From positions 195,420-259,419 of the IMG/VR virus record IMGVR_UViG_3300013094_000017: a stretch of DNA of 64,000 nucleotides; one strand, given 5' to 3'. Each line of letters starts with the position of its first letter. The stretch's first letter is position 1. The translations under genes were made by a program, and so were the position numbers. The notes under the pieces were generated by a model that worked only from the letters and a program-made list of their open reading frames with translations, was not told the DNA's origin and made no database searches. Below are positions 10,464-19,689 of this stretch, one piece after another.

Positions 10464-11662
10464 TGTACATTGAAGATTTGATTGACCGTTTAGCCTGTTA
10501 CGGGAATTACCTATTTCATTCTCCGTTGACTATTGCTTATGTCGATATTACTATCGTAACTAGTTTATCTGACCAGATACAACGAGGCAACGCATACACT
10601 GAGAAGCAGCGTGGTTTGGCCTTACGGATAGTATCAAAGTATGTTGGAGTATTATCTGCCGATCTAGGATTTGATGTTGGCACATTGTTAAAGAATCCAC
10701 AGTTTAGTAATCCCATACGAGTAATATCTGGTATTAAATCTATCAGCATTGTAGACCGCGGGACTGGTCCAGTTCTAGCAGTACAGTTTCCGTATAATCA
10801 AGAGCTAGTTGATAATATTAAGAAATATAAAGACAGCTTAACAAATTTTCAAGCAATTAATATCAATTGGAATTCTGAAGAGAAATATTGGGAATTTGGT
10901 TTCACTGAACCTAATATTCAATTCTTATGTTCATTTATTGACATAGGGTTTGTTGCAGACGAGCAATTTCTAAAATACAGAACTGAAATACAAGAAATAG
11001 AACATCGCATAGATGAATATGTTCCTATCGTAGAATATGTCAATGGACACTTTAGATATCGTAATGTAGTAGATCATATTCCACAACCTACTTCACTGAA
11101 TCTTGTAGAAGTATTATTACATGCAAGGCGGCACGGTATTAATTGTTGGGACGAATCTATAGACATCGCATTAGAATCAGTTGATCCGGTAATATATAAA
11201 TTTCTAAAGAATTCATCAGGTGAAGTTTCATTTCCGCCCGGTGAAACAGAATTAGATCAAATAAGTGATATACTTACCTTCTCAGAGAATGTATTATTTG
11301 TAATACCCGGCGGCACAGAGATAGATCACTTAAAGTATGTACATGAGTATCTAAACTCATCTAAGTATCAAAACGAACAAATGACTGTGATGTTTAGATT
11401 AGACAGTAGCTCAGGTAGAATGTGTAATGAATATATTAAAGAACATAAACTAAACACACCACTGTCTGATAAGATTAAATTTGTTTTTGTTAGTGGTAAG
11501 ATTCCTAAACCACTAATCGAATCGGGCAAGACCTTTGATGTCATTGTTCACTTTGGTACGAACAGTGCTCATTATACATTAAAGAATTTTGTTAAGAATC
11601 ATCACAATGTTATTAGTATGAACCTACCTAACAGAAAAAATAGGGAAATAAATTTTGGCTAG
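10463..11662 (+). CDS. hypothetical protein
   Basis: 399 aa ORF coupled to uvsY and uvsW; no motif recognised. Confidence 0.6.
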   Translation: MYIEDLIDRLACYGNYLFHSPLTIAYVDITIVTSLSDQIQRGNAYTEKQRGLALRIVSKYVGVLSADLGFDVGTLLKNPQFSNPIRVISGIKSISIVDRGTGPVLAVQFPYNQELVDNIKKYKDSLTNFQAININWNSEEKYWEFGFTEPNIQFLCSFIDIGFVADEQFLKYRTEIQEIEHRIDEYVPIVEYVNGHFRYRNVVDHIPQPTSLNLVEVLLHARRHGINCWDESIDIALESVDPVIYKFLKNSSGEVSFPPGETELDQISDILTFSENVLFVIPGGTEIDHLKYVHEYLNSSKYQNEQMTVMFRLDSSSGRMCNEYIKEHKLNTPLSDKIKFVFVSGKIPKPLIESGKTFDVIVHFGTNSAHYTLKNFVKNHHNVISMNLPNRKNREINFG

Positions 11663-13109
11663 TTGTAAAATAGTAATTAAAGACGAAGTGAATATTAAGA
11701 TTGAAAATCTCGATCTTGATACTCGCAAGGCCTTGGTTAGAAAATTCAAGTACGAAGATCCAACTGCACGCTATCGTCCTAGCTATAAATTAGGCAGATG
11801 GGATGGTGCGGTTAGTTTCTTTGGCCTAGGTGGTACAACATATCTGTATATGCTACCACAGGTACTTGAGGAACTTGAGAAACGAAATTACTATATCGAA
11901 GTAGAAGATCTGCGCACTAGTCCGTTACTTGAATTTGATCTAGTAGATGAAGAATATTGGGGTGATTTATGCTGGCCCGAAGGACACAGATTTGCTGGTG
12001 AACCTATTAGACTGCGTGACGATCAGGTTGAAGTTGTAAACAAATTCTTGGAAAATCCGCAGTGTATCCAAGAAATCGCAACGGGCTTTGGTAAGACAAT
12101 TACTACTGCTACACTTGCTAAGATATGCGAAAAGTATGGACGTACTATTACTATTGTTCCAAACAAAAGTTTAGTTGAGCAAACAGAAGAAGACTTTATT
12201 AACTGTAGATTAGATGTAGGAGTGTACTATGGAGATCGTAAAGATTTAAACAAGACACATACTATCTGTACTTGGCAAAGTTTAAACATACTTGATAAGA
12301 AAAATCAAGATGATAACGAACTATTAAGTATTGCAGAATTCCTAGAAGGGGTTAGTACAGTAATGGTCGATGAAGTACATATGGCCAAAGCAGAAGTCCT
12401 AAAGAAATTGTTAACACACAATATTTCTCATGCACCAATACGTTGGGGCCTGACTGGTACTGTGCCTAAAGCAGAAATTGATCAACTAAACATCAAGGTG
12501 TCATTGGGCGAAGTTGTACACGAAGTCAAAGCTCACGAGTTACAAGAGAAGGGCGTGCTAAGTAATTGTCACGTTAACATCGTTCAAACCGCAGAATGGA
12601 AAGAGTTTGGAGGGTACGCTGAGGAACTAAAATACCTCGTAACTAATAAAGAGCGAATGGATTTTGTTACTAGATTAGTACAGTCAATAGGTGATACAGG
12701 TAATACATTAGTTCTGGTTGACAGAATTGAAACAGGACGTATAATAACAGATGCTATCGAAGATTCAGTCTTCATCAGCGGCAACGTGAAAACTACTAAG
12801 AGAAAAGAAGAATATAATGAAGTGGCAATTAATGATAACAAGATTATTGTGGCGACTTACGGTGTGGCCGCTGTGGGTATTAATATCCCTCGTATTTTTA
12901 ATATGGTTCTTTTGGAGCCCGGAAAGAGCTTTGTTCGAGTTATCCAAAGTATTGGACGAGGCATTAGAAAAGCCGACGACAAAGACTTCGTTCAAATATG
13001 GGACATCACTGCTAGCACAAAATACGCTAAACGACATTTAACAGAAAGAAAACGGTTCTATAAAGAAGCAAAGTATCCGTTTACAATTGACAAGGTAAAG
13101 TACCAATAA
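11655..13109 (+). CDS. uvsW: UvsW-like SF2 DNA helicase
   Basis: ATGFGKT, DEVH, GLTGT, QSIGRGIR motifs; TTG start. Confidence 0.93.
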   Translation: MASCKIVIKDEVNIKIENLDLDTRKALVRKFKYEDPTARYRPSYKLGRWDGAVSFFGLGGTTYLYMLPQVLEELEKRNYYIEVEDLRTSPLLEFDLVDEEYWGDLCWPEGHRFAGEPIRLRDDQVEVVNKFLENPQCIQEIATGFGKTITTATLAKICEKYGRTITIVPNKSLVEQTEEDFINCRLDVGVYYGDRKDLNKTHTICTWQSLNILDKKNQDDNELLSIAEFLEGVSTVMVDEVHMAKAEVLKKLLTHNISHAPIRWGLTGTVPKAEIDQLNIKVSLGEVVHEVKAHELQEKGVLSNCHVNIVQTAEWKEFGGYAEELKYLVTNKERMDFVTRLVQSIGDTGNTLVLVDRIETGRIITDAIEDSVFISGNVKTTKRKEEYNEVAINDNKIIVATYGVAAVGINIPRIFNMVLLEPGKSFVRVIQSIGRGIRKADDKDFVQIWDITASTKYAKRHLTERKRFYKEAKYPFTIDKVKYQ

Positions 13110-13826
13110 TTAAGTGGCTCGTTTAGAATCCCAATATGCTTTCCGTGCTGCTGACATTCGTTGTTTAGTTTCGTTAGACATTACTCTGCCTTTCATTTTA
13201 TTAGACATGTCTTTTTTCTGAGCATCTGTTTTAGCAGGCATAGATTTACCCTTGTTACCTTTTGATATTTTTTGTTTAGTTTCTTCAGAGTGTTTATACC
13301 CTTTTCTTGATTCTAATATTTTATCAACTGTTGATTGGGCAACAACCTTTCCTTTATGTGATTCTGATAATTTTAGTTTTTGTTTATCGGACATTGATTT
13401 GCCTTTATTTGGACTAGGTTTGCCTTTACGGGCTGCTGACATTTTTTGTCGTGTTTCTGCTGAAACGATTTTACCTGCGTGACGTATAGACATTGCCTGG
13501 GAAAAGTTTAATTTTGCTATTTCGTAGAATTTACCTTTAGATACATGCCTTATTTGATTGGAATTTTCTACCCGTAGTACCATCCACGCAGCGTACCACA
13601 TCTTGTTAATGTGATCTATATCCTCTAACATTTTTGGCAATAGTATGTGAACTAATCGATGTTCTTGTGCTGTGAGAGAAACTAAATTATTTTTATTATT
13701 CCCTCCACCTAGACATTTTGGAATAATGTGATGAATTTCTTTATATGTTTCTTTTGATAATTCTCTTGATCTTGCTCGATCAATGATGCTATAATAACAC
13801 TTAGTATACTTGTTATCTAAATACAT
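13110..13826 (-). CDS. HNH homing endonuclease with NUMOD3-type repeats
   Basis: EIHHIIPKCLGG...N..NLV.LT..EH..VH; repeated S-x-E-T-R/K-Q-K-M/I-S; own TAAATA at 13859-13864 (minus). Confidence 0.85.
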   Translation of the reverse strand: MYLDNKYTKCYYSIIDRARSRELSKETYKEIHHIIPKCLGGGNNKNNLVSLTAQEHRLVHILLPKMLEDIDHINKMWYAAWMVLRVENSNQIRHVSKGKFYEIAKLNFSQAMSIRHAGKIVSAETRQKMSAARKGKPSPNKGKSMSDKQKLKLSESHKGKVVAQSTVDKILESRKGYKHSEETKQKISKGNKGKSMPAKTDAQKKDMSNKMKGRVMSNETKQRMSAARKAYWDSKRAT

Positions 13827-13876
13827 AGGTAATGTCCTTTTGTAAAATATAGTATACGTATTTACGGAGATTTAAA

Positions 13877-14380
13877 ATTCAAATCCTAACTTTAGAAAAT
13901 AAAACGTACTACCTAAATGATCTACCAGATGAAGTAGATGATGATCTCAGATTTAGTGTATTAGATAATAGTGATTCGAATAATCCAGATTACTTTTTCA
14001 TTCCACTGATCTTCTTAGAATCATTTACCGCGCCGGCAGCAGTATTGAAAGTTGGTCCTTACGAAATTACTATGCCATTAGATTGGTGTACTATTGTAGG
14101 TGATGCAGACGGTCCTGAGATGGAAGTATTACCATTGACCAGTTTAAATGATAGAGGATTCAAAACATTTTGTTTCAATCCATTAGAATCATTTCGCCCG
14201 GAACTACTAGAGATTGATATCATTAATGTCTATCAAGATGTCAAATGGTATTTTCCAAAGATGAAACCCGGACAATTATTATGCACTCCCTTACACAGCG
14301 GTGAGAATCCAACGTGTGCTTATTTTGTTAAAGAAGTAAGTCGTCAGAGTGAAATAGTAGATTACACCAAGTGTTGGTAA
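13877..14380 (+). CDS. conserved hypothetical protein, predicted ATT start (ORF track starts late at TTG 14045)
   Basis: frame open from 13853; SD GGAGA 13866-13870 sits 6 nt before ATT CAA ATC CTA ACT TTA GAA (I/M-QILTLEN). Confidence 0.65.
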   Translation: MQILTLENKTYYLNDLPDEVDDDLRFSVLDNSDSNNPDYFFIPLIFLESFTAPAAVLKVGPYEITMPLDWCTIVGDADGPEMEVLPLTSLNDRGFKTFCFNPLESFRPELLEIDIINVYQDVKWYFPKMKPGQLLCTPLHSGENPTCAYFVKEVSRQSEIVDYTKCW

Positions 14381-14381
14381 T

Positions 14382-14600
14382 ATGATATTTAATAATACAA
14401 CTGGTCACTATAACACAGTAGTCGGAAATCATGCCTTATCTAACAACAACACAGGAAATTATAATGTTGCATTTGGATATCAGGCAATGGGATATGTTAC
14501 TCCTGCAGAACCGTTTACTGAATGGTATAAAGCCGCAGTTAAAGAAAAAGGATTAACTCCACATAAGGTAGATGAAGATGGCAGAACATTTGGATATTAA
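14382..14600 (+). CDS. small protein with N-x-x-x-G-x-x-A adhesin-like repeats
   Basis: NTVVGNHALSNNNTGNYNVAFGYQAM. Confidence 0.4.
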   Translation: MIFNNTTGHYNTVVGNHALSNNNTGNYNVAFGYQAMGYVTPAEPFTEWYKAAVKEKGLTPHKVDEDGRTFGY

Positions 14601-15039
14601 ACGAGAACTAGCAGGGGTAGATCTTAGGAACTACAATTTCTACGACAACCTAACTGAAGGTGAAAAGAAATCATTTAGTCCTTATATCCTGATGCGATAC
14701 GTTAGTAATTCGGACGGGGACAGAGAAATACAAGAATGGTTTATTGAGATGACCAATGAGCTAGTGAATAAAGATCACTGGAATCTTAGTAAGAATCATA
14801 AAGCTCTACTATGGAAACTATTTGCAGGTGTAGGAGTTGGTGCTCATATGCGCCATCAATATCTTAAAGCTGGCGCAAAAGAAAAAGCAAATAAGATTGA
14901 AAAACTACTATGCGAACTCTATCCAGCGATGAAAATGAGTGATATTAAATTGCTTGCTAGTATGATGACCAAAGAAGATAAACAAGAGTTATTTGACAAA
15001 ATGGGCTTTGATAAGAAGCAAAGAAAGGAGTATGAATAA
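14578..15039 (+). CDS. probable clamp loader small subunit (T4 gp62-like)
   Basis: FSPYILMRYVS and H-x-Y-L/I pattern, size and replication-gene context; family recall only. Confidence 0.5.
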   Translation: MAEHLDIKRELAGVDLRNYNFYDNLTEGEKKSFSPYILMRYVSNSDGDREIQEWFIEMTNELVNKDHWNLSKNHKALLWKLFAGVGVGAHMRHQYLKAGAKEKANKIEKLLCELYPAMKMSDIKLLASMMTKEDKQELFDKMGFDKKQRKEYE

Positions 15040-15344
15040 TGGAAAATCCAAATCGTTGGGTTATTGTAGAAATTAAGACACCTAAGGAAACTATCCAAAA
15101 AGTATTTGCTGGATGGAGTGGTGGATACTTAGATGGTGACAGTTGGAAACTTAATAGCGGTATTGTAGAAGCCAAAGAAGATGGCGACTATTGGTTATTC
15201 ACTGGCCACAGTGGCAATGTATATCGCTGTTTCAAATATGGTTACGGCATGACCAATTATATGGGCAGTATTTACAGCAGTTGGATTAACCAACTGCCTG
15301 AAGACACAACTATGACTATATTAGACAATTATCCTGCAGCCTAA
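15039..15344 (+). CDS. hypothetical protein
   Basis: coupled ORF; WSGGYLDGDSWKLNSGI. Confidence 0.6.
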   Translation: MENPNRWVIVEIKTPKETIQKVFAGWSGGYLDGDSWKLNSGIVEAKEDGDYWLFTGHSGNVYRCFKYGYGMTNYMGSIYSSWINQLPEDTTMTILDNYPAA

Positions 15345-16039
15345 TGATTAAACTAGAAGAGCAACCATTCGGATGTGTGCATTGTGGCAAGAGTTTTATG
15401 AAAGAAAAAACTCTGATTGCTCACATGTGCGAGCAAAAAAGACGAGCTCTTCAAAAAGATGAGAAGCGGGTACTAACAGGTATGATTACCTATAACCGAT
15501 TCTATCAATTGACTCAAAATGCCAAGAAGAACAAGACCTATGAAGAATTCTGTAAGAGTTCTTATTACAATGCGTTTGTTAAATTTGGCAGCTTTGTTAA
15601 CAATGTAAATCCATTGTATCCAGATAAGTTTATCGACTTTGTGATCAAAAGCGGAGTTAAACTAGATCACTGGTGTCGTGACGAACTGTACGAAACATAC
15701 TTGTACGAGATGTTGAAAGTAGAACCAGTTGAGGCAGCAGTACAGCGCACACTTACAACCATGATGGAATGGGGTGATATCAGCCAAGCGCAGTTCAATC
15801 ATTACTTTAACTATGTTAATCATAATCGAGCAGTTAGTGATATACGCAATGGCAAGATTAGTCCGTGGGTTATGTTAAATTGTAAGAGTGGCAAAGATAT
15901 GGTCAGTGGGTTTAATGATGAGCAGTTAGAAATGATAGCACCTGCGTTTGATGTACCATTTTGGTTAAAGAAGTTCAAGACAACACCAGCAGACGTTACC
16001 CTAGTTAAAGAGATATGCAAGGAAGCAGGCATAGCATGA
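15344..16039 (+). CDS. hypothetical protein with N-terminal C2H2-like zinc finger
   Basis: CVHCGKSF...HMC; coupled to the DnaE-like gene. Confidence 0.6.
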   Translation: MIKLEEQPFGCVHCGKSFMKEKTLIAHMCEQKRRALQKDEKRVLTGMITYNRFYQLTQNAKKNKTYEEFCKSSYYNAFVKFGSFVNNVNPLYPDKFIDFVIKSGVKLDHWCRDELYETYLYEMLKVEPVEAAVQRTLTTMMEWGDISQAQFNHYFNYVNHNRAVSDIRNGKISPWVMLNCKSGKDMVSGFNDEQLEMIAPAFDVPFWLKKFKTTPADVTLVKEICKEAGIA

Positions 16040-16632
16040 GAGTACAATGCGACATTGATATAGACTTTGCCAATAGAGAAGATATCCTGGCCAAAATACC
16101 TCATGTGATTGCCACTCGCAACGACAAGGGTGAAATTAAGAAACACAACACAGGTGTATATCTACAAAAGATTCCTGTAGATCCCATGACCAATATGGCC
16201 ACTATTGATTACGAGACTGCAGAAGCTCGAGGATACTTTAAGATAGATTTCTTAAATGTTAATGTCTATCAGGGTGTTAAGAACGAAGAGCATATTAACC
16301 AATTGATGAGTGTTGAGCCGCTTTGGGATTTACTATATGAAAAAGAAGTATGTGATCAACTATTTCATGTCAACGGATATGATAGATTACTAGCAGGACT
16401 CAAACCTACAAGTATATTAGAGCTTGCCACAGTGTTGGCACTTATACGTCCAGGTAAGAAACATCTAGTGGTTAAATGTGCGGCTGAAGGATTTGATAGT
16501 ATACAAGATGAGGTATGGGCCAAGACTGATGAAGGGTACAGCTTTAAACGTTCTCACGGAGTAGCCTACGCACATGTGATTGTAATGCAGTTAAATCTTA
16601 TCTGTGAAAGAGTTAGTTACGGTTTTTCTTAA
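16036..16632 (+). CDS. minimal DNA polymerase III alpha (DnaE)-like protein
   Basis: DIDIDF, KHNTGVY, YFKIDFL, ALIRPG, YSFKRSHGVAY; ATG 16036 overlaps the upstream stop. Confidence 0.75.
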   Translation: MRVQCDIDIDFANREDILAKIPHVIATRNDKGEIKKHNTGVYLQKIPVDPMTNMATIDYETAEARGYFKIDFLNVNVYQGVKNEEHINQLMSVEPLWDLLYEKEVCDQLFHVNGYDRLLAGLKPTSILELATVLALIRPGKKHLVVKCAAEGFDSIQDEVWAKTDEGYSFKRSHGVAYAHVIVMQLNLICERVSYGFS

Positions 16633-16996
16633 CGCTACGAATTAACTGAATTGATTTACGTTTAACTCTTTTCTCAGCTAGCTCGCTTAAATTAACAATC
16701 GGCCCAAATACTATTTCAATATCTTTGCTGTTGAATGTTTTGATGTATTCACGATAAGGAATCATATCCTGCTTTAAGAATATGTTAATTGGAATTTTTC
16801 TATTAGACTCCCACCACCATACTTCGCCGGATTCTAAGAATGCTTTCTTTTCTTCTTCAGTTCGTATAATAGCAAAATCGTATATGCTAGTTACATTTGA
16901 ATCGAAGTTGATTAGTATGCCTATGTATTCTAGATCATTTGATCTAACACAGGTCATAAAAGGATAATTGGTTTTGAACTCGTTTCTAGTTGTCAT
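16613..16996 (-). CDS. hypothetical protein
   Basis: likely start at ATG 16996; WWWESNRKIPINIFL. Confidence 0.6.
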   Translation of the reverse strand: MTTRNEFKTNYPFMTCVRSNDLEYIGILINFDSNVTSIYDFAIIRTEEEKKAFLESGEVWWWESNRKIPINIFLKQDMIPYREYIKTFNSKDIEIVFGPIVNLSELAEKRVKRKSIQLIRSVKKNRN

Positions 16997-17016
16997 TGAT
17001 CGCCATAAATACACAT

Positions 17017-17853
17017 ATGAAATTACCAGTCTATTTATATACCAACCTATTCGAAGTAATACTAGATTTGGACAACAACAATAGGATTAACAACGTTATG
17101 TATCAACGCGAGCTAAAATTACAAAAAGGACTGAAGAATACAGTACAGCTCCAGTTCAAAAATAGTGACCAAAAACTGTTAAATATCTCCTCAAATCAAT
17201 TCGTTTTCACTCTATTTGACACCGTAAATCAACGAAATCTGATCGAAAAGGATGTAGAAATTTTAGACGATGGTACTACCCTAGCTTTGCGTGGATTAGG
17301 TCAAGTTACATTAACGGAAAGTGATTTAGAAGGTTGCGAAAGTGTATATTATAGTGCTGCTATTAAAGCATTAGACAGTGACGGAAGTTATGTTCCTACG
17401 TATGCTAACACCTATTACGGCGTTGGTGCTACTGTAGAAGTGCGTCACGATATATTTCCTGTGCTACTACCTAGCCAAGAAGTTAATAACTTCGATGTGT
17501 ATTTCAACGCAGATCAAAATGCACAGCGGTACGAATACTACAGTGGCAACCTAAACGGGCATCCAGAGTTCAAATCAAACGTAGCATTGCACACAGTGGC
17601 CACATACATGACCAAATATAAAGGACAGGTCATTATCGAAGGTACCTTAGAAAACGATCCAGCTACATTTGGTAATTATGCTGTTATCAGCACCAAAACA
17701 TATAATGGCGCTTCGGGTATCGATTACACAAACTTTAACGGATTATTTTCAAAGATACGTATCCGTTACATACCAGCAAAGAATCCAGTAACACAATTAA
17801 ACAATGATACCGTATATGCAGGAACGGTTGACAGAGTGCTCTATAGAAGTTAA
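17017..17853 (+). CDS. late, probably virion structural protein
   Basis: beta-rich ORF; TAAATA-N5-ATG at 17006-17019. Confidence 0.5.
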   Translation: MKLPVYLYTNLFEVILDLDNNNRINNVMYQRELKLQKGLKNTVQLQFKNSDQKLLNISSNQFVFTLFDTVNQRNLIEKDVEILDDGTTLALRGLGQVTLTESDLEGCESVYYSAAIKALDSDGSYVPTYANTYYGVGATVEVRHDIFPVLLPSQEVNNFDVYFNADQNAQRYEYYSGNLNGHPEFKSNVALHTVATYMTKYKGQVIIEGTLENDPATFGNYAVISTKTYNGASGIDYTNFNGLFSKIRIRYIPAKNPVTQLNNDTVYAGTVDRVLYRS

Positions 17854-17879
17854 AATATTTGTTTTAACTGTGAGTTGAC

Positions 17880-17945
17880 TAAATAAGAATGTAGTTCGCG
17901 GGCGTCGGAACCCCAACTACTTTAACATTATTAAGGAATGTCAAC
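17880..17945 (+). promoter_or_regulatory. late promoter plus conserved 5' hairpin (copy 1)
   Basis: TAAATA-N5-GTAGTT-CGC-GGG-loop-CCC-C-AACTAC-TTTAA...AAGGA...GTG. Confidence 0.75.
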
Positions 17946-18704
17946 GTGATTATTTACCCTTCATCAAGAGTATTACCGTATGTTTACATCGGAATACATA
18001 AAATAACTGGTCATATCTATATCGGATCAAGAACTGCAGAGAATTTAAAATTACCGTCTCATTTAGATTTATTTAGATACCGAACTTCTTCTAAAACAGT
18101 TAGACCCGAGTTTGATCAATATAATTGGACGATTGTAGCAGAGTTTTTCAATGGGAACGACGCATATGATTTCGAACAAGAATTAATTTATTGTAATTGG
18201 CACAACCTATTACTTATGAACAAAAATTGTCATTACAATAGCAAAAAAAGATTTAAAGCCGTTAAAGGAATACCTAAACCGGAAGGATTTGGACAAATAG
18301 TTCGTGATAGAATGATAGGTAAATGCAAAGGCCCACAATCTAAAGATCATATAGAGAAAAGAGCAAATTCTCGCAGAGGGAAAACCGCGACCGATGAACA
18401 AAAACAAAAATATAGTTTAGCCCAACAAAAGAGGTACAGTACAACAGCAGATTCTGAAATAACTAGAAAAAGAAAAAGCGATTCACATAACGGGGTCTAT
18501 GAAATAAAATCCCCAGATGGTAGAGTTTGGATAACTGATGTTGGATTAAAAGAGTTTGCTACGATACATCAGGATGAATTAAAGATTTCATATTGGCAGT
18601 TGTTCAATGCTTATAGAAAGTGCTATAATAATACTAGCACCATCCGTAAAAGAAAAGATAACAACAATTGGCAGGTAACTAGAATTGACAAATTTGATAA
18701 CTGA
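17946..18704 (+). CDS. GIY-YIG-like homing endonuclease with NUMOD3 region
   Basis: PYVY...TGHIYIGSR; S-x-D-H-I-E-K-R NUMOD3-like segment; free-standing upstream of primase. Confidence 0.75.
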   Translation: MIIYPSSRVLPYVYIGIHKITGHIYIGSRTAENLKLPSHLDLFRYRTSSKTVRPEFDQYNWTIVAEFFNGNDAYDFEQELIYCNWHNLLLMNKNCHYNSKKRFKAVKGIPKPEGFGQIVRDRMIGKCKGPQSKDHIEKRANSRRGKTATDEQKQKYSLAQQKRYSTTADSEITRKRKSDSHNGVYEIKSPDGRVWITDVGLKEFATIHQDELKISYWQLFNAYRKCYNNTSTIRKRKDNNNWQVTRIDKFDN

Positions 18705-19689
18705 TACAGTACTCCTACTCTGGAAAACAGGAAGAAAAACAAAACAGACTTCTAGCGGATGGATTTCCGGAAATGCTCCTTGTTGTGTACATCGAGGAGA
18801 AAAACCAGATCGAAGAGGTCGTGGCGGAATCTTGACTGCAAGTGGAGGGTTCCAGTGGCACTGTTTCAATTGCGGATTTAAAGCAGGATGGCAACCAGGT
18901 AAGCTACTCAGCAAGAACACTAAAGATTTACTCACATGGATGGGTCTACCCGACACCGAGCTCAACAAACTAAACTTAGAAGCCCTACGTGAAAAAGACG
19001 CAATACCCGCACCTACTAAGACATTTTCATTTGAACTACTAGATGTAGCCTTGCCTGAAGAGTGCAAGCCCATACTTGAGTGGGCTGCCGAGGGGTGTAC
19101 CGAGTCCGACCTAGCAGATGTTATAGAGTACATACTAAGTAGAGGACTAACACTAGAAGACTATACGTGGCATTGGAGTGCGGCTGCTGGCTATCGTGAT
19201 AGGGTCATTATACCCTTCTATGCTGGTAAAGGACAGATAGTAGGCTACACTGGTCGTAAGATTAAAGATGGCAAGCCCAAATACCTTACCCATGCTCAAA
19301 ATGGGTATGTGTTTAATCTAGATGCCCAAACCAACGATAGGAAGTATTGCATAGTAGTAGAAGGTCAATTTGACGCCATAGCTATAAGCGGTGTTGCTAT
19401 TATGCATAACGATCCTAACGACATACAGGTAGCACGCATTAACGCATTAGCACGTGAAGTAATAGTGGTACCAGACAGAGACAGAGCTGGCGCTAAGATG
19501 TTAAATGCCGCAATAGCTAATGGGTGGAGCATGAGTCTACCACCGTGGGGTGATGATGTTAAGGATGTAGCGGACGCAGTGAAGAAATATGGCAAGGTCT
19601 ATACCCTAGCCACAATCTTACACTATCGAGAATCAAATAAGATTAAATTAGAGATACAAAAGAAAAAACTAGAGAGCCTACATGACTAA
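18685..19689 (+). CDS. gp61: DNA primase (gp61/DnaG-like)
   Basis: Zn finger CC-x-H...HCFNC, RVIIPF, TOPRIM VEGQFDA and DRD; exact start uncertain. Confidence 0.9.
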   Translation: MTNLITDTVLLLWKTGRKTKQTSSGWISGNAPCCVHRGEKPDRRGRGGILTASGGFQWHCFNCGFKAGWQPGKLLSKNTKDLLTWMGLPDTELNKLNLEALREKDAIPAPTKTFSFELLDVALPEECKPILEWAAEGCTESDLADVIEYILSRGLTLEDYTWHWSAAAGYRDRVIIPFYAGKGQIVGYTGRKIKDGKPKYLTHAQNGYVFNLDAQTNDRKYCIVVEGQFDAIAISGVAIMHNDPNDIQVARINALAREVIVVPDRDRAGAKMLNAAIANGWSMSLPPWGDDVKDVADAVKKYGKVYTLATILHYRESNKIKLEIQKKKLESLHD

